A DNA stretch of 43,972 bases, from NCBI GenBank assembly GCA_030167865.1, contig JALAGF010005524.1:1-43972 (forward strand). The letters run 5' to 3'. The stretch's first letter is position 1; every line of letters begins with the position of its first letter. Positions 1 through 12,205 of this stretch are shown one piece after another. Source of the stretch: Craspedostauros australis (lineage: Eukaryota). Both the position numbers and the translations under genes were made by a program. The notes under the pieces are model-generated. The model had not been told where the DNA came from and searched no databases. It saw nothing but the letters and a program-made list of their open reading frames with translations.

Positions 1-1230
1 CTTCCCAACTAAACCTCAGATGACAATATCATCTGACAGACTACTGCATCACCAATGGAACATGACATCTGGAGAGCAGAAGGATGCCTACTGACGTCAA
101 CAGGATGTCAACATGTCACCACGTTGACATCTGTCTCCAAGTCAGAGCAGGAGGCGAAGATGCGATGACCCATGAAGATCATGGATACTGAAGGTGAACT
201 TCAAATGGTAAGTACTCATGGAGTATGAACCAGTACTAAATGAACAGAGTGTCGAATGCGGAGTACACATCGAACACGGAGTATCGTGTAGCGCGAGCAC
301 ACGATGTTGAGAGAGAGAGAGAATACAGAGAGGAGCGAGAGAGCATCTTGCATACCGACTCATAGTCGAAGACCGAATCTATGAAACAGATTGAAGCGCC
401 AAGAGCATCGGGCAAGAGAACGAACGGACACCAAGAGGATTGGAGTGCCAACATAATGAAATAGCAAACGAACGACTATCAACCAACACTATCTTCCACG
501 ATCGTAGGCTTCCGTGAGCGGAACTTGCCAACACGTTTATAAACGTTAGATCAGGGCGAGTCCGTGGATCGGATCGTGCGAGGAAGACGAACATCATTCA
601 AGAGGGTTGAAGTTCATCTAAAGAACGGACTACTTTTCACTCAGTGTGTTCCTTGTCGCATCATGAAATTATTTTGGCCCGAAATTTTGGCGCGAAACCT
701 CCCACCAACAAATACGGAACAATCACTCTTTTCCCTCCTTCTCCCACTCTCACTCATGAATCATCACTGACTCAAATACTATCCGAGTCAATGGGATCAT
801 GACACCCTGGGAACTATATGCTCTCCTGAACTATTGTAATGCAGTCAACCTGAATTCCGTTGTCAGCTAAACAACCTGACAACCCTGCATGACAACAGTC
901 AAGAGATCTTCCCCGCTTCAACATATGCAGGGAATCCTACATCAATTCCCTTTGCCTGACAACCTGTGCTCTCGATCTCAACCTCAATCAAGGTGTCAAG
1001 GCTTAGTACTCGAACGTAGAACGACTACGATGAGATACTGGAGAAAGAGAGAAAGAGAGGACTCGTCCACCCTCAGCACTAATCCTCTGAAGGTCAGTGC
1101 AGAGCCGCACTACTCAAACTGACTATCGTTTCTTCATCCTGCATCTCAAACTGATCAACTCACAATGCAGACTATTCAAATAACAAATAGCACAACTCAA
1201 GATCAGCGACAACAACTCTAATCTATTCCA
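1..1230. other. Non-coding, partly CpG-poor stretch, possibly a transposon/LTR remnant
   Basis: No credible ORF. The first ~90 nt have no CpG. Hairpin at 104-131 and purine tracts at ~308-343 and ~1040-1060. No diagnostic TE domain or terminus was seen. Confidence 0.25.
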
Positions 1231-1959
1231 TTGTCATTCACTACAAACCCCAGACGGTCGCCCCAAGTTGACTTCACCATCAGATTCCTTGAATCTGGCA
1301 GTCAGCTAGGCCATCCCTTCCGGATCGTGTCGCAACAGCACACGAAAATCCAACTTCCGTTGACAACGTGTGACACGAGATTGGTCCATAAATGGATCGT
1401 CTTGAGCGACATCAACACGACAATGTTGTTCTGTTCTTCCACAAAATTGGTGTTGATGAGATCTTTCCAGGCGGACTTTTTGGGATTACTTCTCCACACA
1501 ACCAGGTTCCAGCGAACGGCCACAGAGACAACACCACCACCAATCCACCTCGCCACAAGTTCCACCCACCATGACACGTGATGCGCGCGAGCGAGCGACT
1601 CATAGTCGTACGCGTGCTCATGCGCAGCAACCCATCGGTGCGCGCGTGGCTGCTATTCTGCGACAGATACTTTCCCGCCCATCCACTTACCCCTCTTCTC
1701 CATGGATACCACGCCAATACGAGTGCTCCACCGCCGATCATGAACACGCCCCCAACCTGCCATCGGCCTCAATCGCGAAAAGAGGCGACCAAAAAGCCCA
1801 CCCACGCAAGAGGGGAGTGTCCACCGCATGCGAAAAATCAACGAAGGTGGTGGCTGGCGAAGGAATGGCAGCAGTTCCTGTTTCTGCTCGCTCCTTCCTT
1901 CCTCCAAAGGACTCCAAATCATCTCATAAATCCTTCATCTCGTTGATGACGAAAAAGCC

Positions 1960-4900
1960 ATGCATTCTCGCTTCTACCAACGAATCCTTGCTGCTGTGCT
2001 GCTTGCGGCGCTTGCCGCTACGGCAGCGGCATCCCCGGTGCCAAAGTTGACGGTGAGTACGAGCAAGATGGCAACTGTCACTGTTGTCTCGACGCGTGGG
2101 AGTTCCTTCTTTGTTGGCATTCTCGCCTTGCCGCATCCGCATCCACAGACATACGCGTACGTGCATCCAATTCAGTGATCTCATCCTCAACTCAACCATG
2201 ATTCTGCACCTTGTATCTGTACCTTGTATTATGCAATACATCACAACACATTACGTCACGTCACTTCACGTCACGTCCTTCATCACACAACCAACAACTG
2301 AATCGAACTCAATTCAGACGCATGACGCTGCCTCGGGCGAACGCAGTACACTACAGGAGCCATGCCTCGTCTCGGCACGTATCATTGGCACTACCGACGG
2401 AAATGATGCAACTGACTTCTCATGCATGCTCCAAGGCTCCGATGCGGAAGCACTTGGGCCTTTGCATATGACCATCGAAGGGCTGACGCCGGAATGGGCC
2501 AACAACAACCATGCATGGCCAACTCCCTCTTCCAAGTCCACATTGTTTCTGGAGGATGCCATCATCAATATCACCAACTTCTCCTTGAAGCTGCCGGACT
2601 TGAAGACCGTCGATGACATGACGATCAAGCATCATCAATCAAGCGAACAAAGCGATGGCCATGGACATGGTCGTTCTCTGACCACTCCTGATGTCTTTGG
2701 TTCTGGCGACAAGAAGTTCCTCCTCATCCAGGCCGTCTTCCAAACAAACTACACAGTTCCCAAATCCCCCATCAAAGACGAGATTTTCGGCGCTCAACCC
2801 AACTTCACCGACCAGTTCGCGGCCATGTCTTTTGACAAGCTGAGGCTCTCCACCATGCCCACGAATGGGACAGATGATGGGATTTTGACAGTTGAGTTTT
2901 CACCTGACGTCGATCCCACCACTCTCGAGGCAACAACAGTTGATAATCTCATCTCACAGTATCTGAAGCAGGAGGTCAAGATCTATGATGACTTTGATTT
3001 CTTCTTGATCCTGGTCCCGTTCGGGTTGAATAATCGTGGAGCTGATTGGGTCGGTAAGTGCCGACAAGGACCACACAGCTCGTATCTTCCATGTCAACAT
3101 TACGCACTGGTATCGTGATGAGCTCTACCCGTGCTCACACTCCTATCCAACCTATCTCACTCCACCGTGCAATACCATCTTTCTTCCGTGCGAATCAAAC
3201 TCTCCCGATTACCAACGCGCACCGATGCAACCGACACACCACTGATTCACAGCGTATGCTTATTTCGACGAAAAGATCAGCATGTACAACGGTGTCAGAA
3301 ACTATCCAGGCACGCACTGGGCAACCAACCCTTCCATCATCGTCCACGAACTCGGTCACAACTTCGGGCTTGGTCATTCCAATTGGAACGGGGAAGAGTA
3401 CGGAGATCGCAGGTAAGCGCAGCCAATGTGCCAACAGAGAGAGAGAGAGAGAGAGAGGTTGGAGACGATCTGTGACATTCTGCATCAATCGTTGTAGGCG
3501 GATGGACGATCGGACACAAGAACGGACACAATCGAACTTCGGAGAGAGCACACTGGACACATGTGTCATGTTCTGGTCCTCATCACATGACAGGGACCCT
3601 GTTTCTCGTTCGAAGCCCGTCTAACCCCGTCTTCGTGAATTCTCTTCCTCGTTGTTGCCGTTTTCGGCCAATGGATTCCAACCCCAACATCGACTATTAT
3701 TTCGCAGCGGCACGATGGGCAGGGCAATATACAATCAATTTGGTAATGAAACTCTGGCCGATAAGGTGGGGTACAACGGTAAGTGCTATGCAGCCGTTGT
3801 CTTGTAGAGAGCAAGGTCCCAGATGATTCCGTTCCAGGAGGAGCCTTCTCACCTCATCGCACGCGATGTGATGCGATACAATGCGGCACTCTACGTACAC
3901 TGCCTCACCAATCGTTACCTTCTCCATCGTTTCGTTCTTTACGTCCGCGCCAAATCATTTCACACACTCATGTTCATGCTACGAACCTACCTCTTCAATA
4001 TCATTACTCATGCGCCTGCCCCTCCACCACACATAGGTGCCAAGAGCTGGGTGATGGGGTGGTACTCCGATCAGACCACATTGCTCACCGGAGGTCAAAA
4101 CATCGACTTTGAAGGAAGACTCTGCGGAGTGGTCGATTATGACCCCGCTGACACCAGCTTCGACGTCATCATCCGAATTGACGATCCTGAGAGTGAATTG
4201 AACTACTACATCGCCTTCAACAGAGCCATCGGCTTCAACGCCGATTCTCCACTAGGCAGGGATCAGGTCCTCGTGACAAGGGCACAAGACCACAGCACCA
4301 CCCAGAGGCGATTCTCTCATCTGGAGGCCATCCTGGACATGACACAACCATCGTACAGAATTGATGCCCAGTCGTCTGTGTTGGATGGGATCGTTATTTC
4401 GGTATCCAACATCGATGATGGCTCGGCCACGCCCATGTGTGCGACAGTGAGCGTGAAAGTCGATCTCAGTCGATCACCAACCGCGGCACCATCCGGTTCT
4501 GCGGCACCATCAATGTCATCACTCCCATCGAATGTTCCAACCGAAACTTGCGAAGCGTGGGAGTTCACAGCGCCCAGCGAATCTCGCTTAGATGAGCGCA
4601 CTGAGTCATTCAGATTCGATGTTCGCATACTGGATAGCATCGAATTCACCGCCATCAAGGTCTCCGTGGCTGCTGAACTCACCAACATGCCATACACGAT
4701 CTTCTTCCGCCCAAGCACCTGGGATGCCGATGGCAACTGGACTCAGATTGCATCAGGAAACAACGGGGGAAAGGATTCGTCTGGCTTCTCCCCCTCCCTC
4801 GTATTTGACCAGCCCGTGGTGGTGTCTGCGGATGATGACATTGTATCCTTCCGCATTGATATGGCCGACAGGTTGAGGACTTTGGGCTCATCATCTCCGA

Positions 4901-5829
4901 TTGTGATCCCGGAGAGCTTCTTCGAGTGCCCAGACTGCCCATTCGAGGTATTCACCGGACAAGGTAGCCTCGAAGTTGGAAACAACCCGCCCAATTTCAT
5001 CGATGGGTTCCCCGTCTTTTACGGCGTCCTCAAATTCTGTCCGGAGCTGATCACCGAGATGCCAACTGGATCTGCTTCCCCCACTACAACGACACTGCCA
5101 TCAATCCAACCATCCGCAGGCCCCACACAGGCACCAACAGACACCTGCCGCGACGCAAAAACAGCAGGTCTGCCAAGATCATTCTTTGGCGACACGGCCG
5201 CTTCAGTGAGACACGACATTCAGATTCTGGATAGTGTCGACATCACAGGCATGAGACTTGTCCTGCCATCGACGGGGAACCAAACTTTCACAATCTTCTA
5301 TCGCCCAAGTACGTGGGATGCACCCGGGAATTGGACAGAACTTGCATCGGGAACGATCGAGGCCAGAGGTGATGATGAATTCACAGATGTGATTGCATTC
5401 GACCAACCTTTGGCTGTGTCCGAAAGCGACGACGTGATCTCCATCCGCATCGATACACTAACAAGCGCAGGGGATGACTTCTCGGACAACATCATTCCCA
5501 TCCCTCCAGACTGGCTTGATTGCAACAATTGCCCATTCACTATCTTTACGGGAACGGCGAGTGAGGTTGTCGGTGATAATCCCCCTCCTCTCTTCGAGGG
5601 TGAGTTTGAGTACTTCATGGGTTCACTGGAATTCTGCAACGGTATCTCGATGATGCCGTCGTCCGCGCTGTCATTCGCGCCGTCATCCACGCCGTCGTCC
5701 TTCCCTTCCTCCCAACCATCTCACATGCGCAGCACAAAGGGGGCGAAATCATACAAATCGAAAAAGTCATCAAAGGAGAGCAAGACGAAGTCACCGAAAT
5801 CAAGCAAGTTGTCGAAGAGCCCCAAATGA
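1960..5829 (+). CDS. Secreted gametolysin/peptidase M11-like zinc metalloprotease (metzincin); exons 1960-2052, 2318-3053, 3253-3412, 3708-3778, 4037-5829
   Basis: Signal peptide MHSRFYQRILAAVLLAALAATAAASP. Four GT-AG introns join with matching phases. Exon 3 encodes HELGHNFGLGH (HExxHxxGxxH, 3345-3377), followed by YGDRSGTMG (Met-turn) and NGAKSWVMGW, which are typical of M11. The C-terminal part has PT/PS linkers, two related domains and a K/S tail. Confidence 0.88.
3436..3457 (+). repeat. (GA)n microsatellite in intron 3 of the M11 gene
   Basis: Direct reading. Similar (GT)n at ~12718-12738 and (CT)n at ~16241-16259. Confidence 0.9.
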
Positions 5830-6307
5830 CACAACTCAATGAGTATAGATACTCGTGCATCCAGCTCCTGTTGCAGCAATGAAGGCAGATGGTGGTCTCT
5901 CACCAGGCTGTGGGACGATCCTTGACGATGGGATGAGGGATGCCATCGAAGCTCGAGGATTGAAGAATGAACAATCTTCTCCATAATATGATACATGTTA
6001 TAATGTCTCCACATACATGCATGCACTACCAATCTCCTCCGTCCGCATAGCTCGTATTATCGTATGCAGACCGCTCGCAGAATATTGCTTGTACGTATGG
6101 CAGGTGTGCTTCACGCCATTTTGATAGGATTCATGTTAATTCCGTGGTGATACGCTCCGGGTACGAGTTCCACAGCATCTGCGTGTCGGAGAATGGTAGC
6201 ATCGTCAAATCTGCGCATGCCGCATGGAGTCGCAACGCAAACGGCCGGCGGCCATGGCCAGGTCTCGCGGCTTGCCTCATTTCCTCCATCCTCGACCCGT
6301 TGGTGGC

Positions 6308-6867
6308 CTACGAATGAACACCGTGGCGCTCCCTGGTCCATCCAATTGTCGCCGCTGACACGATATCTGTGAACGGCATCAGCTCCTCCACGAGACTCAC
6401 GTACTTCAAGCTGGAGTGGACGGAGTCGCACGTGGCCATCACCGGTATGAATTGGATCAGCGTGCATATCGCATCGCGCAGTTTGCCGACGACCGGCAAC
6501 AGGTACGACGATGAACCTGCGAAGTCTATCGCCAACGACACACAGAGGAAGTTGGGATCGGTCGACAGGACGTGCCGCACGAGGCTGACGGGTGTTGGGC
6601 GCGGTCCAGTTTGATAGATCAGTTGCTGCGCTGCCTTGGATGGCAACAGCAACGAATCGGCGAAGGGTGTGAACACCGTGCCGCCAATATGCTCGCGTCC
6701 ATGCCGTGTGCTGGACTACACATCACGAGGCTGGACGCGACGATCGAGGTGATCGCGATGATGATGAACGGCAACGCGACAGGCATGAAAACGAGGAGCG
6801 TGCCCATCATGATGGGCGACGCCACCACGATGACCGTGATGAGCGGAACCAATGGCAGGAGAATCAT
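6308..6867 (-). pseudogene. Probable degenerate copy of a small conserved membrane protein
   Basis: SLAIDFAGSSSYLLPVVGKLRDA...LKYVSLVEELMPFTDIVSAATIGW resembles a family I recall as D.IG..SY.+P.+GE..D..WAP...EE.+P.TD++PTAT+.W. The hydrophobic N-terminus lies in another frame (ORF 6619-6891), implying a frameshift. Changes such as GE->GK (GGC GAA->GGC AAA) fit CpG decay. Confidence 0.5.
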
Positions 6868-7467
6868 GTCAGTACGCATACGACCCCGCACAGAATGTAA
6901 AATGCAGTACGCGATGACGCTGGTTGTAGAGTTTTGGCCCCTTGTTGCCGCTGGTTTGCTTAGTTTTGGGAGAAGCGGTGATTGTATATTTGGAGCTATT
7001 TCGTGTTGTCTCTCCCCGATCCGTCTTCTGCATCACAGGGAACAGATTCCACGTCATGCAAAACCACTCACAACACAGCGAGTGAAATTGTTCAGGAACG
7101 TGTGGCTCTTGATGACTGCGCAGCACACACCAACGGTACGTGCAAGTCCTCACACTTTTGGAAGGAGAAGATCTTTGCGGTTTGGGTGTTGCCATCTGTT
7201 GCCCAATCCTTCACATTGGTTGGGCTTCACCTCCATTGAAAAGGCATCCAGCGCACCCAAGCATCAATACGACGCCGGCCGTACATCCTGTGCCAGTTTC
7301 AGTTCAGCGCGAACGACCACGAGTCTGCTACACAATGATGGCAGCGGATGCCAGCGGACGTGAGCGGATGTTGTCGCTGTGAGCATGCCATTGATGCGGC
7401 TGCCATCCTGCAGGCCGTACTCGTCAGACACAACCAATCCTTGCTGTCCCATTCCTCATCACCACAG

Positions 7468-8815
7468 ATGACAATGAAGGGAAATGAAAGTTTGAGACCC
7501 GGAGACTGATCATGCAGGCGACGGTCCCTTGCCATTGTTGGCATCGCGATGGCAACATTGATCTCTCTGGCCTTCACCAACGCATCGTCTTGGCTCGTGA
7601 GCAATTCCAATGGTCTGAGCATGCCTTCCGACGATGCGCCACCTATGCGGACTGACGACGACCGCATTGCCGCCATTGCCGCAACGGAATCGAAAGCTGC
7701 GCCGCCTCCAGCGATCGCAACTGCGTGCGTGGAGTCGCCCCACATGGAACGTTCCAACATCGAGCGCTAGCACTGCGAGTATCCCAGTGCTTGTCGATAG
7801 CATAGTGGTTATATATGCTATTGACAGTGCTACCAAACGTGTCACGGCATCATTCAAGCCAATGCAATGCCAACAATCGCAAGAGCCTCGAATCCATCTT
7901 CTATCATTACGGCGTCCACAACGTATCCGTCCTCATCCATGTTGCCATCGATCGCAATGAAAGCCGAAAGCCCATCTTGACGACGGCGCCGTTCCAGGAT
8001 CTCATCGATGAGCATCAGTGCGATATTCACATCGTCCCATTCCAAGCCAAGGATCCCATTCGAGATCTGGTAGATGTCAAGTTCGCCAAGGAGTTCGGCA
8101 CAGAAGCTAGCGATGAGAGCATGCTGGACCAAAGATGAGAACAGACGCAGACATTCCTGGACAAATTCGATTTCTTTCACATCCATGCCAAGTTCTGGAC
8201 CGTCAATCTCTCTGATTTCACGTGACTTGCCACGCTCTACCTCTTTGGCGGTATTTACATCGACACCGACATCGTCCTGCTGCGATCCATGCACGACGTA
8301 CTGCCCGACAACGTGGCAGGATACGAAGACAAGAAGATGACCATCGTCAACAACGCCGTGCTCAAATTCGATCGACCGCACAGCATCTTCGTGGAGCTGT
8401 GCTTGCAGGATTACTTTCGCAAGTACAACGCCAAGGTTTGGGGATCCAACGGGCCGCAGCTCATCACCAGAACGGTGCAGCAATTGCAGGTGCGGCGGCC
8501 CGGCGCAGTGGTGGATCATGGAAAAGACGAGGTTATTGGGCGCCGATATCCGACAATCCACCCCGCCAATGCCGTCGTGCATATCCTGCTCAACTCCTTC
8601 TTCTATCCCGAGGTGCTGCCAAAACGCTTGAAGATCCCACCGCAAGGCACGGGGCGCACGTTTCAAAAGGCGCCATTGCGACATTCCTGCACGGTGCAGC
8701 TCAACCATCGGCCGGCGAAGGGCAATCCAGATGTTGGAGGATCCGCGCGCCTCGTGTTGTTGCGGTCTTTTTGCACACGTGGTGCAATCAGAAGCATACA
8801 ACGTGGATCAGTTGA
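7468..8815 (+). pseudogene. GT32 (DXD-motif alpha-1,4-glycosyltransferase-like) pseudogene
   Basis: Type II membrane N-terminus, then KSLESIFYHY, NLSDFT*LATLYLFGGIYIDTDIVLLR, NNAVLKF, WGSNGPQLITR and FFYP. In-frame TGA at 7507, 8136 and 8223. An insertion at 7770-7830 and a frameshift near 7860. The 3' end is approximate. Confidence 0.85.
7768..7832. mobile_element. Mini MITE-like insertion or footprint with TA target-site duplication
   Basis: TA-GCACTG...CAGTGC-TA ends, plus an inner 13-bp inverted repeat (7792-7804 / 7814-7826, one mismatch). Removing 63 nt restores IERYQTCHGIIQA and deletes two TAG stops. Confidence 0.5.
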
Positions 8816-9192
8816 ACGCATCGATCTCGTCGGGAGTGCTGGAAAACAGAACGCTGGTATTTGTAGATTATTGACGATTACGTATGCAAGCGACAGTGAT
8901 GCTGTCCTGCTACAGAGGATTCAAAGTGGACTGGCTCGAGTGGAGTACATAGAGTGGAGCGGAACATCTTCTAATCAAGATGTACTTCAACGCTATGATT
9001 GGAAGCTGCAAGCATTTCACCAACCAATTCTTCGCTTCCATTCCATCCCCTCAAGCGTGTTGTTGTTGTTGTTGTTGCTGCCGTTATCGGTGTCACCATG
9101 TGCCTACAATTCTCTACTTTGGGATAGGTGCATATTCGTACTCTACGCGTACGACTTTGAAGTGGCATAGTACTTGCAGTCGTGCTCTACGT

Positions 9193-9978
9193 TTACACGG
9201 AAATGAGCTCCAGGTTCGTGCCCATTCCCATGTCCATGCCGTTGTACTGCTCGACAGCCTTCTTGGCCGATTCGGTATCCTCAAAGGTCACGGTTCCCTT
9301 GAGGACAGGGAAGGTGTCGTCGACCTCGCAATCAATGTCGGCAATGGCGCCCACGGCCTCCAGCGTCATCTTCAAACCTGCCTCGCCCATATTGGCCGGA
9401 AATCCGGTAAATTGAATGGTGGGACCGTTGACCGCTGTGAGTGCACTGTCGATGCTGCGCAGCAATCCACGATACGTCTTGGAGTACCGCTTGCGGGCCG
9501 TGACGGGGTCGTTCATGTACTCCGTCACGACGTTCATGGAGTTGTGATCATCCTTGGCCTTCAGTTTCTCGTACAATTCTTCGAATGCCGGCTTGGTCCA
9601 CATGGCCTCTTCGAATTTGGAGTCAAATGACGCCGGTCTCTTCTTCTTGGTCTCGCCACCGCCGTCGAGCTTGCCCTGAGCGCGCATGCGCACTTCCACG
9701 AGCATGAGCTTGACCTCCATCTCGTTCATCGTGGGTGGGGCGCGGATGCCGGTCTCCTGCAGTTCCTCCTCGACTTCTTCGAAGGTGAGCGGTTGCACTT
9801 TGTTGAATTCCTCGGCGACGAGCGGATCGTTGTAATCGATGGCCATTTGAAGTCGAGTGGTGGAACGTGCAGCTGGTTGCTGTCGGTGCAGCTGGTTCTG
9901 GGACGGCACCACCCAAGCAGAAGCAGTGGATGCCATCGACATCATCGCGATGAGAGAGATGGTGTTGGAGACGCGCAT
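9193..9978 (-). CDS. Plastid-targeted protein with C-terminal RRM-like domain
   Basis: Intact 261-aa ORF with strong codon bias. Bipartite presequence (signal peptide, ASA-WVVP, ...TRLQM). The C-terminus IQFTGFP...LKGTVTFEDTESAKKAVEQYNGMDMG.LEL has the RRM pattern. Confidence 0.8.
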   Translation of the reverse strand: MRVSNTISLIAMMSMASTASAWVVPSQNQLHRQQPAARSTTRLQMAIDYNDPLVAEEFNKVQPLTFEEVEEELQETGIRAPPTMNEMEVKLMLVEVRMRAQGKLDGGGETKKKRPASFDSKFEEAMWTKPAFEELYEKLKAKDDHNSMNVVTEYMNDPVTARKRYSKTYRGLLRSIDSALTAVNGPTIQFTGFPANMGEAGLKMTLEAVGAIADIDCEVDDTFPVLKGTVTFEDTESAKKAVEQYNGMDMGMGTNLELISV

Positions 9979-12057
9979 GGTGGTTGAGTAAACGTGGAGA
10001 GGAGCAAGTACTCTATGGAGTGTTGGATGTGAATGCTGATGTGAATGTGGATCTGAGAGATTTGATGACGAATGATTTCCCGAGTATCAATTGAGGCTGC
10101 GGCCATCACCGCGACGCCATCATCGTCACCATCGCCATCACACACAACAACACGCCAAAGAAATCGCCTCGAAGATCGTTGGCTGCGGAGGTGCGGAGAA
10201 GATGCCTGATGATGTGTTGGCGCGTGTGTCCTTCGCCGTTCCTGATGATGATAGATTCCACGTGGGATGTTCTCGTTTGTTTGTCAGACATCGGATCCGA
10301 ACTGGTATGGGACCTCGTCGGAGTTCGAGATCGCTTTTTTGGTCTTGTTGGTCGGTGATACACATGTAACATTTTCTCCCTATCGTTTTAGGGCCATAAC
10401 ATGCAAATCAGTGCGACACTGAGTACTTATTGGCTTGCGAGCCAAATTGGAGGAAATACCAAACAACGACACGCGAGGAGGGAATCGGAGAAGCGTGGCC
10501 ATCTGCGCGCTGTTGGCTTGGTTGGCTGCATGTTTTTGTGCTTGTTGTTGCTGTTGTTGAGGCTGTCGTTCCTCCCTTTTGCTGTGTGTTCTTGGTGTGT
10601 TCGTGGTGTGACGTGCTCAACCTTTGTGCGTGCATCTCGTATCTTTCAGTGCATTTGCGGCGTCTTTTCTCAATTCGCGAGAGTTTCGCGGTGTCTCTCT
10701 TGCTGCTGTCGCGTTCGTGTGTTCGCTGTGAACAGCATTTTCCTTCTCTTTTGCGCTTTGTTTGTCGTCTCTGTGTCACTGTGTGTACTACGCGTACGCG
10801 CACGTATCGCCTTGGTACGGGTACGTGCCAACGACCACACCACGACAACGAACGTTCGGGCCAACAACGGGACGTTTTGTTGGGAACTCTCCGCGGAGGA
10901 AGTGCTGGTACATTCCCTACGGCAACGCCGTACGAGCGGGTACGAACACCTTCTTTTCCAACAGCCACAACGCGACACCCACGCTACTGCGCCCATCCCA
11001 ACGCGATGCAACACAATACATGGCGATACGTGTATTTTGCGGTGTGTCGCATCTTCTTCGGTTTGTGTTTGGCCGATCACACAGACAAATCACGTGATTT
11101 TGGATGGCCTCCGTTCTGATCCTTGTCGTGTGTACTCGTGCGAATACGCTCAGTTGTGCTCGTACTTTGGCGTTCCACCGCGCTAACTGTTGTGATGGCC
11201 CTCCACAACATGTGGTGTCATCCCATTCACTTTTTCAGTTTGCCACAACAATCACAAAAGTTCGATGCAATTCTCACGCAGATCACCGTATTTTTCACGA
11301 CACACCACGATAAAACAACGTGCGAAACCAACACTAAAAACAACGACAAGACACCAGAAACAACGACGGCGACCTCCTGCAAGCAAACAATAACGCACGA
11401 CCACCGCCACACCGCTCCTTCACGTAAGTTAAATTATACACTACCATCACAACCAAATGACGACGAATCACATGGCGCTGTCGGTTTGGTCGTTCGATCC
11501 ACAATCATCATCACAGACCCCGCGCCGCCATCGCCATCGGACCGCCTGGGTCATCACATGCACGTGAAACCACGAGAATGGCAAACGCCAGCGCCAACCC
11601 GCAATATCCGCATCTACCCAACGATCAGAGCCCTAATCGCCGATACCATCACCACCGCGTAATTAATTGAAGCCTTGCAGGCACGATGGTACTGGTGGTA
11701 TGTTCCATGCATCGTTGGGGGGTTGGATGCCTCACACCCATGCAGCACAGTGCTTTTGGTGCAGGAGATGATTTTTGTGTTTTTGTCGTGTCCCGTCGTC
11801 GCGCCCAACAAACACCGCTTTGCCCGTGTCGTGCACCTTGTTGCGCAATTTTTCTTGGTTTGTGTTGTGTTGTGCCAACAACAACGACAAGAGCACACCA
11901 ACAAGCACGACCACACGCAGTGTCACATGGCCCGCAGTACCTCCTCGATTCGATTTCGACTCGATTTGATTGTTCGAGTCAAATTGAATCTTGCGTCATT
12001 GTGTCACGCGTGCACTGAAACGACCAACAAACAGACAAGCGCACAAGCTTCTGACAT

Positions 12058-12067
12058 GTGACGTCAC
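12058..12067. promoter_or_regulatory. Perfect CRE/bZIP palindrome GTGACGTCAC upstream of the acidic-protein gene
   Basis: 10-bp palindrome about 140 bp before the ATG at 12206, with an ATTGG (reverse CCAAT) near 12110. Function is inferred only. Confidence 0.35.
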
Positions 12068-12205
12068 GAATCCGAACCCAACGACTCACCTGATTCCATC
12101 TTGCTTCTGATTGGCCTGATGCAGTTCGCATCGAGAACAACTCGTCACGACAACCAGAACTGCGACCCGACCACACAACACAAAACAAAACAAACAGAAG
12201 CCATC

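Noticed and set aside
7468..8288. TGA reassigned to Arg or selenocysteine in the GT32 gene
   Set aside because: TGA terminates other genes here, and the locus also has an insertion and a frameshift, so decay is the simpler explanation.
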